Shown here: positions 12,255-22,920 of the stretch, piece after piece
How positions within the stretch are numbered: the stretch's first letter is position 1
Layout of the letters: every line of letters begins with the position of its first letter
NCBI GenBank assembly: GCA_032718475.1
Contig: JAUCBJ010001196.1
Coordinates: 62,001-126,000, forward strand
DNA from: Nemertoderma westbladi
Taxonomy: Eukaryota; Animalia; Xenacoelomorpha
Direction of reading: 5' to 3'
DNA length: 64,000 bases
The notes under the pieces: model-generated
Told to the model about the DNA's origin: nothing
The model's database searches: none
What the model saw: the letters and a program-made list of their open reading frames with translations, nothing else
Program-made: the position numbers and the translations under genes

Positions 12255-12829
12255 TCTTAATAGTTAATAGACACCTTAATAATTTGTCTATGCCTAGGGG
12301 CCACACATATGCTTAATCCAGCTCTGGGGAAGAGCTGAGGAATCCAGCTCTTCCTTAATACGGAAGCCCACAAGTTCCCACAGTGCCTGAAAAACTACTA
12401 CCGTGGGAACGTGATCTCTGGTAGGGCGGCGCTGTAGACAATTACAATTCCATGTAGTTGCAGAAGGATGCCTATTAAGCTATATTTATTTTTGTTGCCA
12501 TTGGAGGGTGATAATGTTTACAGTGTGGGATATGGAAAATGCTACGTACTGGTAGCCGTAATAATGAAACTATTTAAACTATTCATTATAAATCCGTTGA
12601 GGTAGAAATAGTTTTGATGCATTTGTGGTATAAGTTTCTGTAATGGAACTTGTAAACTTGTAAGCATATGTGTGATTTGAAAGGTTTTTATACTTTAAGT
12701 AAATAAATGAGTAAATGGGTTTGTAAGCATATGTGTGGCCCCTAGGCATAGACAAATTATTAAGGTGTATATTAACTATTAAGGTGTCACTTATTAATGT
12801 TTGTGTCCCTCATTAATGATTGTGACCCT
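12241..12829. repeat. Inverted pair of MITE-like ends (12241-12315 and 12724-12829); the right copy starts the same minisatellite on the opposite strand
   Basis: ACACCTTAATAATTTGTCTATGCCTAGGGGCCACACATATGCTTA has its reverse complement at 12724-12768, followed by TTTGTGTCCCTCATTAAT. Confidence 0.8.
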
Positions 12830-15686
12830 TGTTACGATATATGGCGCTGTGTACTATTATCAGCCTATTATACAGTATAGAATATTTAGATAACCCGTAA
12901 TGATGTACAGCCATAATTAGATAGGGAAAATAAAATATCCATATTCATAGATCTTATTCATTTTGTATAGTATTTAGCCCTACGTACGTAATTTTGTAAT
13001 AAAATATAAATAAATAACATTACGGTAGCAAGTTTCCTATAAAACCTTGATACAAGCTTGCTGTTTATTGGTATTAATCGAATTAATCATGTATTTGCAT
13101 TAATTTCCGTTATATTTGTCTTTGAATTGGCTTTATATTAGATTGTGCTTAATGTACTTTAAAAATCGCGAAATTAATGTTAGAGCCAGCAGCCAGGGGT
13201 GCAATTCATTACCATATATGGTAATAATTTGCGATTTGGAAACCCCGAGGTTCACAATCCGGCTTCCTTATTGGCCCAGCTGTTCCAGGTTGGTCTAATG
13301 GTGGCGTGGATTGCTGAGCCAATGAGACGATTATTTTTCGCAATTATTCTGTGTAATTCCTTATTCTGCTTCTGTAATTTCTGATTTAATTCTTTGCTGT
13401 GTTTTCTTAAATTATGCATATTATCAATGATTACTGCAAATTACAATCTTGAACTATGATTTCGACCTTTTGATTATTAGTTTCTATGCGATTTAAGATG
13501 CGATAACCCCACGGGATTTCCTTAGACTGTCAGACTGTTTGTGAATGCATGCGCCGCTATGGTAGCTATTCGTTCTAATGGAGGGCTAAGGCACCGGTAG
13601 GTGCGGCGGGCGCACCGGGGGGGGGGGGGGGGGGGTCGAAGGGAGTGTAGAGGATTCAAAACGGGCAGCGCTGGCGGGGGGTCACCATTGCGGTGGGGAG
13701 ATAGTCAGTGGGGACTGAAGACCTACCGTCGGTACAGTATTAGGGGGCTGACGATCCAGATTTTGTCTCTACTTTGTAGTGTTAGGGGGCAGGGCTTGTG
13801 GTTAGTTAGGAAGCCTATATGCAGCTGTGGAAGGCCTTCGTGTCTTACACTGCCAACTGCTAATTGCATACTATACTGGTATACTGATACGTTACTGTAT
13901 GGTTTTAGTGCACTAGATAACTGGTAGTCAACGCAGTACCGTACTACAAGCTAATTACTACGCTAATTTGTGTTGTTGCTAAAGCTTAATTGTGAATACT
14001 TAGATAGGCGCCGTTCCCTTGATTGATTTCTATTTCTTAGTTTACGCTTTAATAATTGCTGATTAGGTCAATATAATACAGTATTTAGGCTGTTGCTAGT
14101 GTAACCCAGTATGTTAAAATTAGAATTGCATATTCTGGAACATCTAGTAATTAGTACGCTATTCCGTATTTATGACTGTAATTATTTTAGCGATAAAATA
14201 AAATAAGAATTTGTACGCAGCATAGCGGAGTGTAGTTTAAGTAATTATTTAGAATACTGTAAATTATTCACACTAGGCGGTTATTTGAAAATAGCGGGGC
14301 AACAGGCTGATAGGAGCATCCAGTATACAGTAGTAAGTTGCTGGCCTAAAGCCAGCCGAAGGTAAGTTTAGACCCCAAAATAAAGTACCAGAACTGGACC
14401 CGGTAGGTAATTAGGTTATTTAAACATTCTCACATTCAACAATTCTGTTAGTGAATTCCAGTATTTGCGATAAGTGAATGCGCTGAGTGTAAGCCACCCC
14501 ATACTCGTTTTAAGTAGCTTAGGGAGCCGATTCGGGTTTATTGTTTTGGTTATTCCCACGTGGCTCATAGATTCGAACAGTTAGCTCTCTGTCGAGCGAT
14601 CGGTAGAGGAAGGAGCAAGCGATTTTGTAGGAGCCGTATAAAATTAGTAAAACATATTAGCGGACGGCCAGGTTAGCGCCATCCAGCGGTGAGAAGAAAT
14701 TTTGTGTTTAGCAGCAGTGCAGCAGTAATAACGCGCTCCTGATCATGCTTGTTTAACAGTAAGACACGTTTTTATTTTGCTGTACTACGTACAGTAAAAT
14801 GTAAAGAGTGCGTTTACTAATCGCAAAATACAGTAATTCATTTGGGCCGTTAGGGTGAACTGTAAATTAGTAAGTTTTTTGAACATTTTAGCTAGGTTTG
14901 TGAGAATTCAGTTTCGGTCAAAATTGTTTATATAATAAAATCTAGAGTTTTGTTAGAGCTTAGTTATTTTATACCATCTGGAGATATATGGCGAGACGGA
15001 GCTTCTGAGCTTGGGGTTTGTGTAGGCCTGCGGGTTCGGTTTGCAATCAGCGACGAGACTGAAACTTTGGACGCGGACGTGGAATCTCACAGCAAACAAG
15101 GTTAGTTGTTCTGTTGGTACCATTGTGTTTGTGGAAGCAGTAAAAAATTACCGGTTGTTTAACTGCGAAGCTGAACTCAATTTATTAGTTAGGATAGTTA
15201 GGTTTAGCCAGCCATGGTGTTTTGGATCGCTCAGTTGGAGAGAGAGAGGAGTGTCGCAACCTGAAGGTGTAGCCACGCGCTAGTGGACACATATAATATT
15301 TAAAAATAAAATTACGTCAATTTTGAGCTATATATAAAATTGGAAATATTTGGGTAACGAATTCATTTTTTTTGAATTTTCTGAATTAGATTCAGAAACT
15401 ATTTTTGTGTCATACTGGTATTTAAATGCTATATAATAGCTATAGAGCAATATTTTCATTTAAATATTATACCGGTAATTACTATAATTATATATACCAT
15501 TAAATTCACAATATAATATTGCGAATTTATTTTGACATTTGAGACCAAATAATTTATTTGGTATATAATTTAATCGTATTTCGATTAAATTAATATATCT
15601 CGAATTTTTTGCGAGATTTTAGCCGGAAGGCAAATTATATACTTAGACTATCAGTGTCTCAGAGAAGGAGGCACTATAGGACAGTT

Positions 15687-16096
15687 ATGAGACGGCGGCC
15701 GGACCGCCGACTGATAACAGTGACTGTTGATGACAATGCCAACTATGACGACACAGCGAGTGACGCTGACGTAAGTGAACAGGAGGACGAGACAGTGACC
15801 AGTGAGGAAGAACAAGGTGAGATAATATTATTAGGATCCCCTACCGCTACTGTAAGGAAGGATTGCACAGCAGCCCGGCCAGAGGTGAGTGATAGGGAAG
15901 GTAGTCTAGCAGGATCGAGAGCCCGGAGCCCGGTTTCCAGACCTGTGGGTATGGTAAGTGCCATGGCCCCAGTGGCTGTAAGGAGTACCCATAGTTCTCG
16001 TAATAATCCCTAAGTCCACCGAGTGTGAGTCAGGTAAGCGAGAGAGAGGTAGATATCGAGATAAAGAAGAAACTTTGTGCGCATGCCGGACATATA
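15687..16096 (+). pseudogene. gag: Family B gag, N-terminal part
   Basis: Acidic, low-complexity ORF with a frameshift. Removing the family A insertion and one ATATA restores KKKLCAHAGHI-TRTTDKVRKML. Confidence 0.7.
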
Positions 16097-17293
16097 TGTT
16101 CGCGGTATTTCAACTTTTCATAACGCAAGTTGAATATTTTTTGTATTTATTTAAAATGATTATTCCGATATCACTACTGGGTGCGGGACAGTGTGTTTTG
16201 GGCATACTCAATGAACTGGGGGCGATTTATGGGCGAATATTGGGGCGACTTACATGGTACGGGATACGGGTGGGACGGACACGCGAAAGGGTCGACCGAC
16301 TAACAGCGGAAGGGTTTGACGAGGACTGCCCTTAGCGGTCTCTGGTCAACAGCAGTTATTACGAGCCTGAAAAGGACATCGGAAAGTCTGCTGCTTGTGC
16401 CAGGGATTTGCGACGGGGACCGACGACAGACCCCTTAGCCAAGCCGTACTGGTTCTCGATGATCGTTCGCTTCGGGGTTCGTGAGGGGTGGGACAGACAC
16501 GCGACGGGGTCGAAAGACAGAGGACTGGACTCTACTGGCCTACCGACTGTTCGGAGCAGTTTCTCGGCTGCCGAAGCGACTACGAGCCTGAATAAGGACT
16601 CGGAAAGCCTAGGTGGTTGGGTCTCTGCGATGAACTGACGGACCCCTAGCCAAGCCGTACTGGTTCTTGATGATCGTTCCCTTCGGGGTTCGTGACGGGT
16701 GGGACGGACACGCGAACGGGTCCACCAACACGACAGACTCCTAGCCAAGCCGTACTGGTTCTCGATGACTGATCCCTTCGAGGTTCGAGAGGGGTGGTAC
16801 AGATACGCGACAGAGTCTACCGACTGGACCGACCCTTAGCCAAGCCGTACTGGTTCTCGATGATCGATCCCTTCGGGGTTCGGGAGGGGTGGTACGGATA
16901 CGCAACAGGGTCGACCGACACCGACACTACGGCACCAAGACTAGGACCGAGGGAAAATCTGGGGAACATTAGTTAGGCTAAAATCTGAGCGAACAGTGGG
17001 TAATTAAATAATTTACTGTAGGGATTTATATTGTCGTGTATTATTATTGTGAATAATTTGGTGTATATTGGTTTGGGGAAGCCCAATTTATTCTCAATCA
17101 AGATTCAACTGTAGGGAAGTTACATTAAAGGTATATCCAACCAATGCAGCTTTTTCTCAACCGCAATCTTGCATCTAAGAACTTATTCCTTCTCCACAAT
17201 CAATATCCGGTGACTGGCCGGGATTCCGTGGTCTGTAAAGTTCCGCCTCCAGCATCGGCGTTTTCCCCCATGGTGTCGGGAATAACGGCAACA
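16097..17293 (+). repeat. Family A 5' LTR (about 300 bp shorter than the 3' LTR)
   Basis: Colinear with 25670-27165 except that it lacks ~25839-26138. Confidence 0.95.
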
Positions 17294-17539
17294 AAATTGA
17301 GAATAAAACGGTCAATTTTGACAGGGTGTCAAAATTGAGAATAAAACGCGGCCAACTTCAACTGGTGGAATTTGGGAATCCTGCAATACTCTTCAAACTC
17401 TCTCGGTGCTTACCCAGCACCAACTACGAGGAAACTCTGGTATTTGAGTTAAGACAAAGCCGTGGTTTAATCAATCAACAAACTCGATATAACAAACTCG
17501 TAGTCGGTAGATCACATATAAGAGAGTCATTAACAGGGA

Positions 17540-17731
17540 ATGGAAGTATCGATCACACCCATTGAAATAATTCAAGTTGAGCCAGGAATCTGGCACGTCG
17601 AGGTTGAAGTACAAGGAACGAACGTCGGACGATTCAGGATTACCGTTCGAGTAATCCAAGCCGAGTATGAGAGCTACGAAGAACTATTCTACGACATCGC
17701 ATATCTCGCTATCAACGAGGCACTAGAATGA
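17540..17731 (+). CDS. 63-aa ORF upstream of gag, function unknown
   Basis: Homologue at 51064-51255 (-) with 53/63 identical residues and many synonymous changes. Its stop overlaps the gag ATG (ATGA). Confidence 0.7.
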   Translation: MEVSITPIEIIQVEPGIWHVEVEVQGTNVGRFRITVRVIQAEYESYEELFYDIAYLAINEALE

Positions 17732-19195
17732 CAACGAACAACGTCTCCGAAACCGACGAGATGGACACCCACACAGACTCGGAAGCCGACGAGGTACCGA
17801 ATGTCAAGAACATGACCCGTCGACTAGGCGCTCTCAAAGGCGGAGTCACTCGAGCGTATCAACGTATAGAGAAACAACTCAAGAGAGTCGAAACTCCCCT
17901 CAACGAGATACAAACTCAGCTTCAGAATATCCGAAGTATGTTACAACGATATGAGAGGATGATACAGACGTATCAAGAACTCGTTCCCTCCACCGGCCAT
18001 GCCCAAGATGGAGATCCGCACCTTCGAAGGAGATCCCGTCGATTACCTCAGATTCAAGAAACGGTTTTTCGCGCAGATTGGATCAACGGACATAGCCGAC
18101 GTACAAAAGTTAGTATATTTATCCCAATACCTGGGCGACAAACCACGCCGGATTATCGCATGCTTCGAGGGAGGAGCTCATGAGGCATACTATGACGCAT
18201 GTAAAACTCTAGATAAAATATACAGAAATATCGGGACTATAATTAATAAAACTCTCGAGAAACTGATACAGGACGCGGGATCCCTAAGGGACCCACAGAA
18301 TATCCCAGAATTCTCAGATTCGATGAAGGATGCCTACTACACTCTAAAACCATTAAATAAGGAGGAACAAGTAAACAACATTCTAAACCTCCGACAGATC
18401 GCCCGGAAGTTCCCCGGATGGCTACAAAGTAAGTGGGCATATAAATGCGTAGATCTCCGGCGCAGACACCCAGATCGAGATCCCAGCTTCCTCGAAATGT
18501 CGGCATTCCTGGACGATGTCTCCGAAGCCATGAATGACTCGATGTTCTCGAAACAGAGTCTCGCCAAGTTAGACGGAATAGAAAGCAACTCCAGGAGTAA
18601 GACGCCCACTCAGAAACCGAGATTCCGTCCCCCTCCGGTGAGTACGATGGCCATCACCATGGCCGAGGATTCCGATGACGAAGACTACGAGGAACCGACA
18701 TCAGCCGAGGAATGGGCGTGTTACCTTGCGAATTGGGCACCCGAGAGGGAAGGCATCACAAACTCCCTTCTCTGTCTCTTCTGTGGAGAGAAACATAAAG
18801 TGGAATTCTGCAGGAAGTTCCAGTTTGCCGAACTCGTCCCATGCTTCGAGGCGATAATGAAACACCGAGGATGCTTCCGGTGTCTTGGAACAGGTCACTA
18901 TGTTCGGGATTGCGACCAAAGATCGTGCTGTGCGGGCTGTAACGACCTACGTCATCACACGCTCCTCCACATCCCCGCGAACTTTGACTTCACCATCCTC
19001 CCCTTTCGGATTGAAGCCAAGCGAAGAGGAGAAACGAACCACGTTTCTAAAGGAACCCGGACAACCCAACGGAGAGAAACCAACCCATTTAAAACCTCCA
19101 CCGATGCATCACAAGTAACAAATATCTCAGCCACGATCAACCTTATAAATCGCCGTTACATGGTCTTCGCCAAAGTAATCCCAGTAAGAATTTAA
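17728..19195 (+). pseudogene. gag: Family A gag (BEL-type, triple zinc knuckle), with a deletion/frameshift near 17995
   Basis: LKGGVTR N-terminus; PKMEIRTFEGDP..Y..F (DUF1759-like); CLFCGEKH..EFC, CFRCLGTGH..RDC, CAGC...HHTLLH. Confidence 0.9.
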
Positions 19196-20045
19196 GGGGT
19201 TGGTAAGTCCTTGACGACGCTCGCGTTCCTTGATAACGGGTCGGACGGAACCATCTTCGACCGGGATTTCCTCGAGCAACTCGGCCTAGAATATGAACCT
19301 TGCAAACGGCCCATACAAACTATCACCGACCACAGAGAGGTAGAATCCGGGGAGGTGCAGCTCCAGATGGGAGGAGTAATGAAGGGCTACGAGATGGTTA
19401 AGCTGACCATCAAGAACGCCTTGGTACACACAGACCTCCGAGTGCGGTTCCGACAATCAGCCGAATACGCCCCCCTCATACAATTGGACCGAGACGATGT
19501 AGACCTAAGGTGCCCGCCGTTGGATGTAAACCGCATCACCCTACTGATCGGACTTGATACACCGGAATTACACATACCCACCGGAGACGTCGCCCGATCT
19601 GTAAATCCAGATGACGGCTTTTACGCTGAACGAACGATTATGGGTTGGACACTTTGTGGCATCAAAGAGGAGACTACAGACACCTATACATATCTTCCTA
19701 AGTGCCAGATTAAAGAGAAGGCAACCTCCGTGGGTTACTGTTCGGTGACTGACCTCCATTCACCATCACAGCGTCACACCACATTTGTAGCGAACCGAGC
19801 CGGAGATAAAACAGTGTACCGGCCGAGAACAGTGGCACCACGTGAACGGGAAAGAAAATCCAGCAGACTTATCAAGCTGAGGCGCCAACCCAAAACAACT
19901 CGGTAAAAGTAAACTCTGGCTTACAGGCCCGGAATTCCTACAGCAACCACAATTAACATGGAGTACCCGATTCGATCCCGAACTCGATAGCAGAAAATAC
20001 TCCGAGGACGACAAAGAGATCCGTAAAGTCCATAGAAGCAACGCA
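19196..20045 (+). pseudogene. Family A aspartic protease fused directly to the RNase H C-terminus
   Basis: AFLDNGSDGT active site and LLIGLD, MGWTLCG motifs, followed at ~19760 by TFVANR, WHHVNGKENPADLSS and LWLTGPEFL. No YxDD region in between. Confidence 0.85.
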
Positions 20046-21694
20046 GTGGAAATTTATAGTTGTCTGACCGAGCCTGCAAAGGACTCGGGCAGGCACTATA
20101 ACGTCGCGACGATCACTCAACCAGCGGCGTCTTTATACCTGTTGATCGAGCGAACTTCATCAATGAAACGTCTCATCCACCACGTTATAACCCTCCGCAA
20201 CTTCCTACGGTGGAAAGATAACAAGCCGATAGTTCAACGGAGTATACAAGAACTCATTATCGTGGAGAAGTGTATCGTTGGATATGTCCAGAGAGAAAGC
20301 TTCCCCGATGAGTGGGAACAACTCAGTGCGGGCAAGACCATGAAACTGGACAGCCCAGTCTACCAACTGAGACCAATGATGGGAGAGGACGGACTGATCC
20401 GACTGAATACCCGGATGGCAAATGCCCCGGTTGAATATGAGGTTAAATACCCAGCGCTTCTGCACGGGACGTCGACACTAGCCAAGCTATTAATTCAACA
20501 GTGTCACGAGGAAAACCACCATGCAGGACAGAACTGGATTATAGCTAATATACGACAAAGGTATTGGATCACCCGCATCCAGCCCCTGATCCGGAAAGTT
20601 TTAAAACGTTGCTTTCCCTGCAGAAGATATCTAGCGCCACCACTCATACAAAAGATGGCCGACTTACCAGCCACCCGCCTAAACTCCGATTCCCCACCAT
20701 TCTATGTAACCGGAGTAGACTGTTTCGGACCGTTTGCAGTCATCGAGCGACGATCCAACATCAAATGCTGGGGAGCCATCTTTACCTGCCTTAGGTCTAG
20801 GGCAATCTACCTAGATATCGTGGTGAACCTTACGCAACACGCATTCATCAACGCCCTGCGTCGGTTCGTGGCGAACAATGGGACATGTCGTCATATGTAC
20901 TCCGATACGGTACAAACTTTGTGGGGGGAGAAAGAGAACTTAGAGAGGCGATCGAGGTAGGGTTTACAGAGGACACCGCATCCCAAGTCTGGAGGGACCA
21001 CCACATACAGTGGCACTTCCAAACACCCTTAGCACCCCATACGAGCGGGGTATGGGAGAAGCTGATCGACTTAGTAAAACGATCCATGCGCGTCGCATTA
21101 GGAGACACCCGGGTAACCCATGACACCCTCCGCACAACATTCTGCGAGATCACGGTTACCCTGAACAACCGGCCCATTGTCCCTATCCGCGACGACCCCA
21201 CAGACCTGGAGCCCCTCACTCCTAACCACCTACTGGGAAGACCCAAAACCCATATTCTCCCAGAGACGATGTTTCCGGATCCCGGCGATATCGCGAGACA
21301 TACTAACTGGAAGAAGGCCCAAGCGTTGGCAGCACATTGGTGGAGAATCTGGGCCCAGGAGTACCTCATAACCCTCCGGACCAGGAGGAAGTGGAACAAC
21401 ACCTACAGGAATGTCGCAGTTGGTGACATGGTGCTGGTGAAAGAAGACCTCAAAGACCGCGTCCACTGGCCTGTGGCGCGAGTTGTGGCAATACAACCGA
21501 GCAAAGACGGACTTGCGAGGACTGTGACGATACGAACGGCAAAGGGCCACTTCCAACGCCCTATCCAGAGGCTGTGCCTTCTTGAAGGCAATGACAGCGG
21601 TGACTCCAAGAGAGGTGATAAGTTCCCTACTCAGGATCCTGCTGCAGACATTGGTGACAATGCTAAACCCGTTAAACCCTTTTCATCCTGTTGA
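20046..21694 (+). pseudogene. Family A DDE integrase (one frameshift near 20905)
   Basis: H..HAG...CFPC zinc finger; GVDCFGPF, YSD-GTNFVG, GVWEKLI, LTPNHLL, WPVARV. Confidence 0.93.
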
Positions 21695-21970
21695 CAAACT
21701 CTTTAAACTGTGATTTACTGACAATGAAAAAATGAACCCCCCTTAAACCAACTGTAACCACGCAATGGTATTTGTGTTTCCTCGTGTGTTATGTGGAGTC
21801 CAGCGTCACCCTGCAGATGTTTCGACTGACGCAGGGTCGTTTATGTATTGTTCACCCTGATTTTGGTCATTGGGACCAACGAAATTGGATTATTGGAAAT
21901 GGTAAAGATTTGAAGTGGAATTCATTGTATCCATTGTAGTATGTTATGTTGTCCGTTGCGTGCGCAGTTC

Positions 21971-22351
21971 GGGGCGTAGGCGGTGTAACTAGTCCAGCTG
22001 TAGATCCCGGATTGCCGCGCAACACCCCCTCTATCCCATTATTCTGGTGGGTCCATGGTGCATCTACATGACTTCGACGATAGAGGGTTTTATGTTTCTC
22101 AGTCGCGTTATTCTGGTGGGACCGTTGCGTGGATTTTGGGGCGTAGGCGGTGTAACTAGTCCAGCTGTAGATCCCAGAATGTTGCGTAACCCCATCCCAC
22201 ATGACTTCGTCGGCTGAGCTTTATGTTGCTGGGAGTGTTGTTCTGGTGGGTCCCTGGTGCATTCCACGTGACTTCACTTCCAGTGTCTTCATTGTCCGTT
22301 ACGTGTGCAGTTTGGGGCGTAGGCGGTGTAACTAGCCCAGCTGTAGATCCC
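21971..22351 (+). repeat. Three copies of a 38-nt core at ~170-bp spacing between integrase and the extra ORF
   Basis: GGGGCGTAGGCGGTGTAACTAGYCCAGCTGTAGATCCC at 21971, 22138 and 22314. Confidence 0.9.
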
Positions 22352-22920
22352 AGATTGCCGCGTAACACCCCTTCCACGACGAAAATTTCCCAAAGAAGAT
22401 GATTGAATGTAGTTGGAAATGATGAAAAGAAACAGACGACATTACTATAAACCGAATGATGACGCGTATGATGATGAAAATGTAATGATGCGCACCCTGG
22501 TGCTGTGCTTATAACAAATGATGATAGCCGGGGGGCTACAACCCCAATGATGATGTGGAAATAAATGTGATGAAATGTGCAACTAAATGATGAAATGTGT
22601 TGAAATAAATGAAATGTGAAATGAAATAATAATGAGAAATGAAAAAAGACAAAAAAAAGGTATAAAAATGTCTAAAGAAAAGAATTGGAAAAAAAGAAGA
22701 GGAAAAAAAAAAGTCATAAACTGGTTGGATATTAATGTATAGTTATAGTAACTGTAAATGCTGAATGTATTAGCAATAAGATGATAGATGCCTATATAGC
22801 AATGTTATTTAATAAACTGAATTAAAAAAATAAAACTGAATTATTCTGCAATCACTATAGTTTCAGACTTTCTGGATTTATAATTAACTAATATAATTTT
22901 GCAACGGACATAATTTAAAT

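Noticed and set aside
14303-14313. Self-priming match for family B (AGGCTGATA versus TATCAGCCT at ~12858)
   Set aside because: Only 9 nt, located at the very start of the putative LTR, and the LTR end itself is unconfirmed.
16440-16490. Hammerhead ribozyme in family A LTR repeats
   Set aside because: CTCGATGA plus hairpin lacks the CUGANGA and GAAA core.
16359-16748. 129-aa ORF repeated at 26231-26620
   Set aside because: Duplicated only because it lies in the two LTRs; no protein motif.
17326-17565. 79-aa ORF before the conserved upstream ORF
   Set aside because: Its start lies in the local duplication and the frame is broken in the second family A copy.
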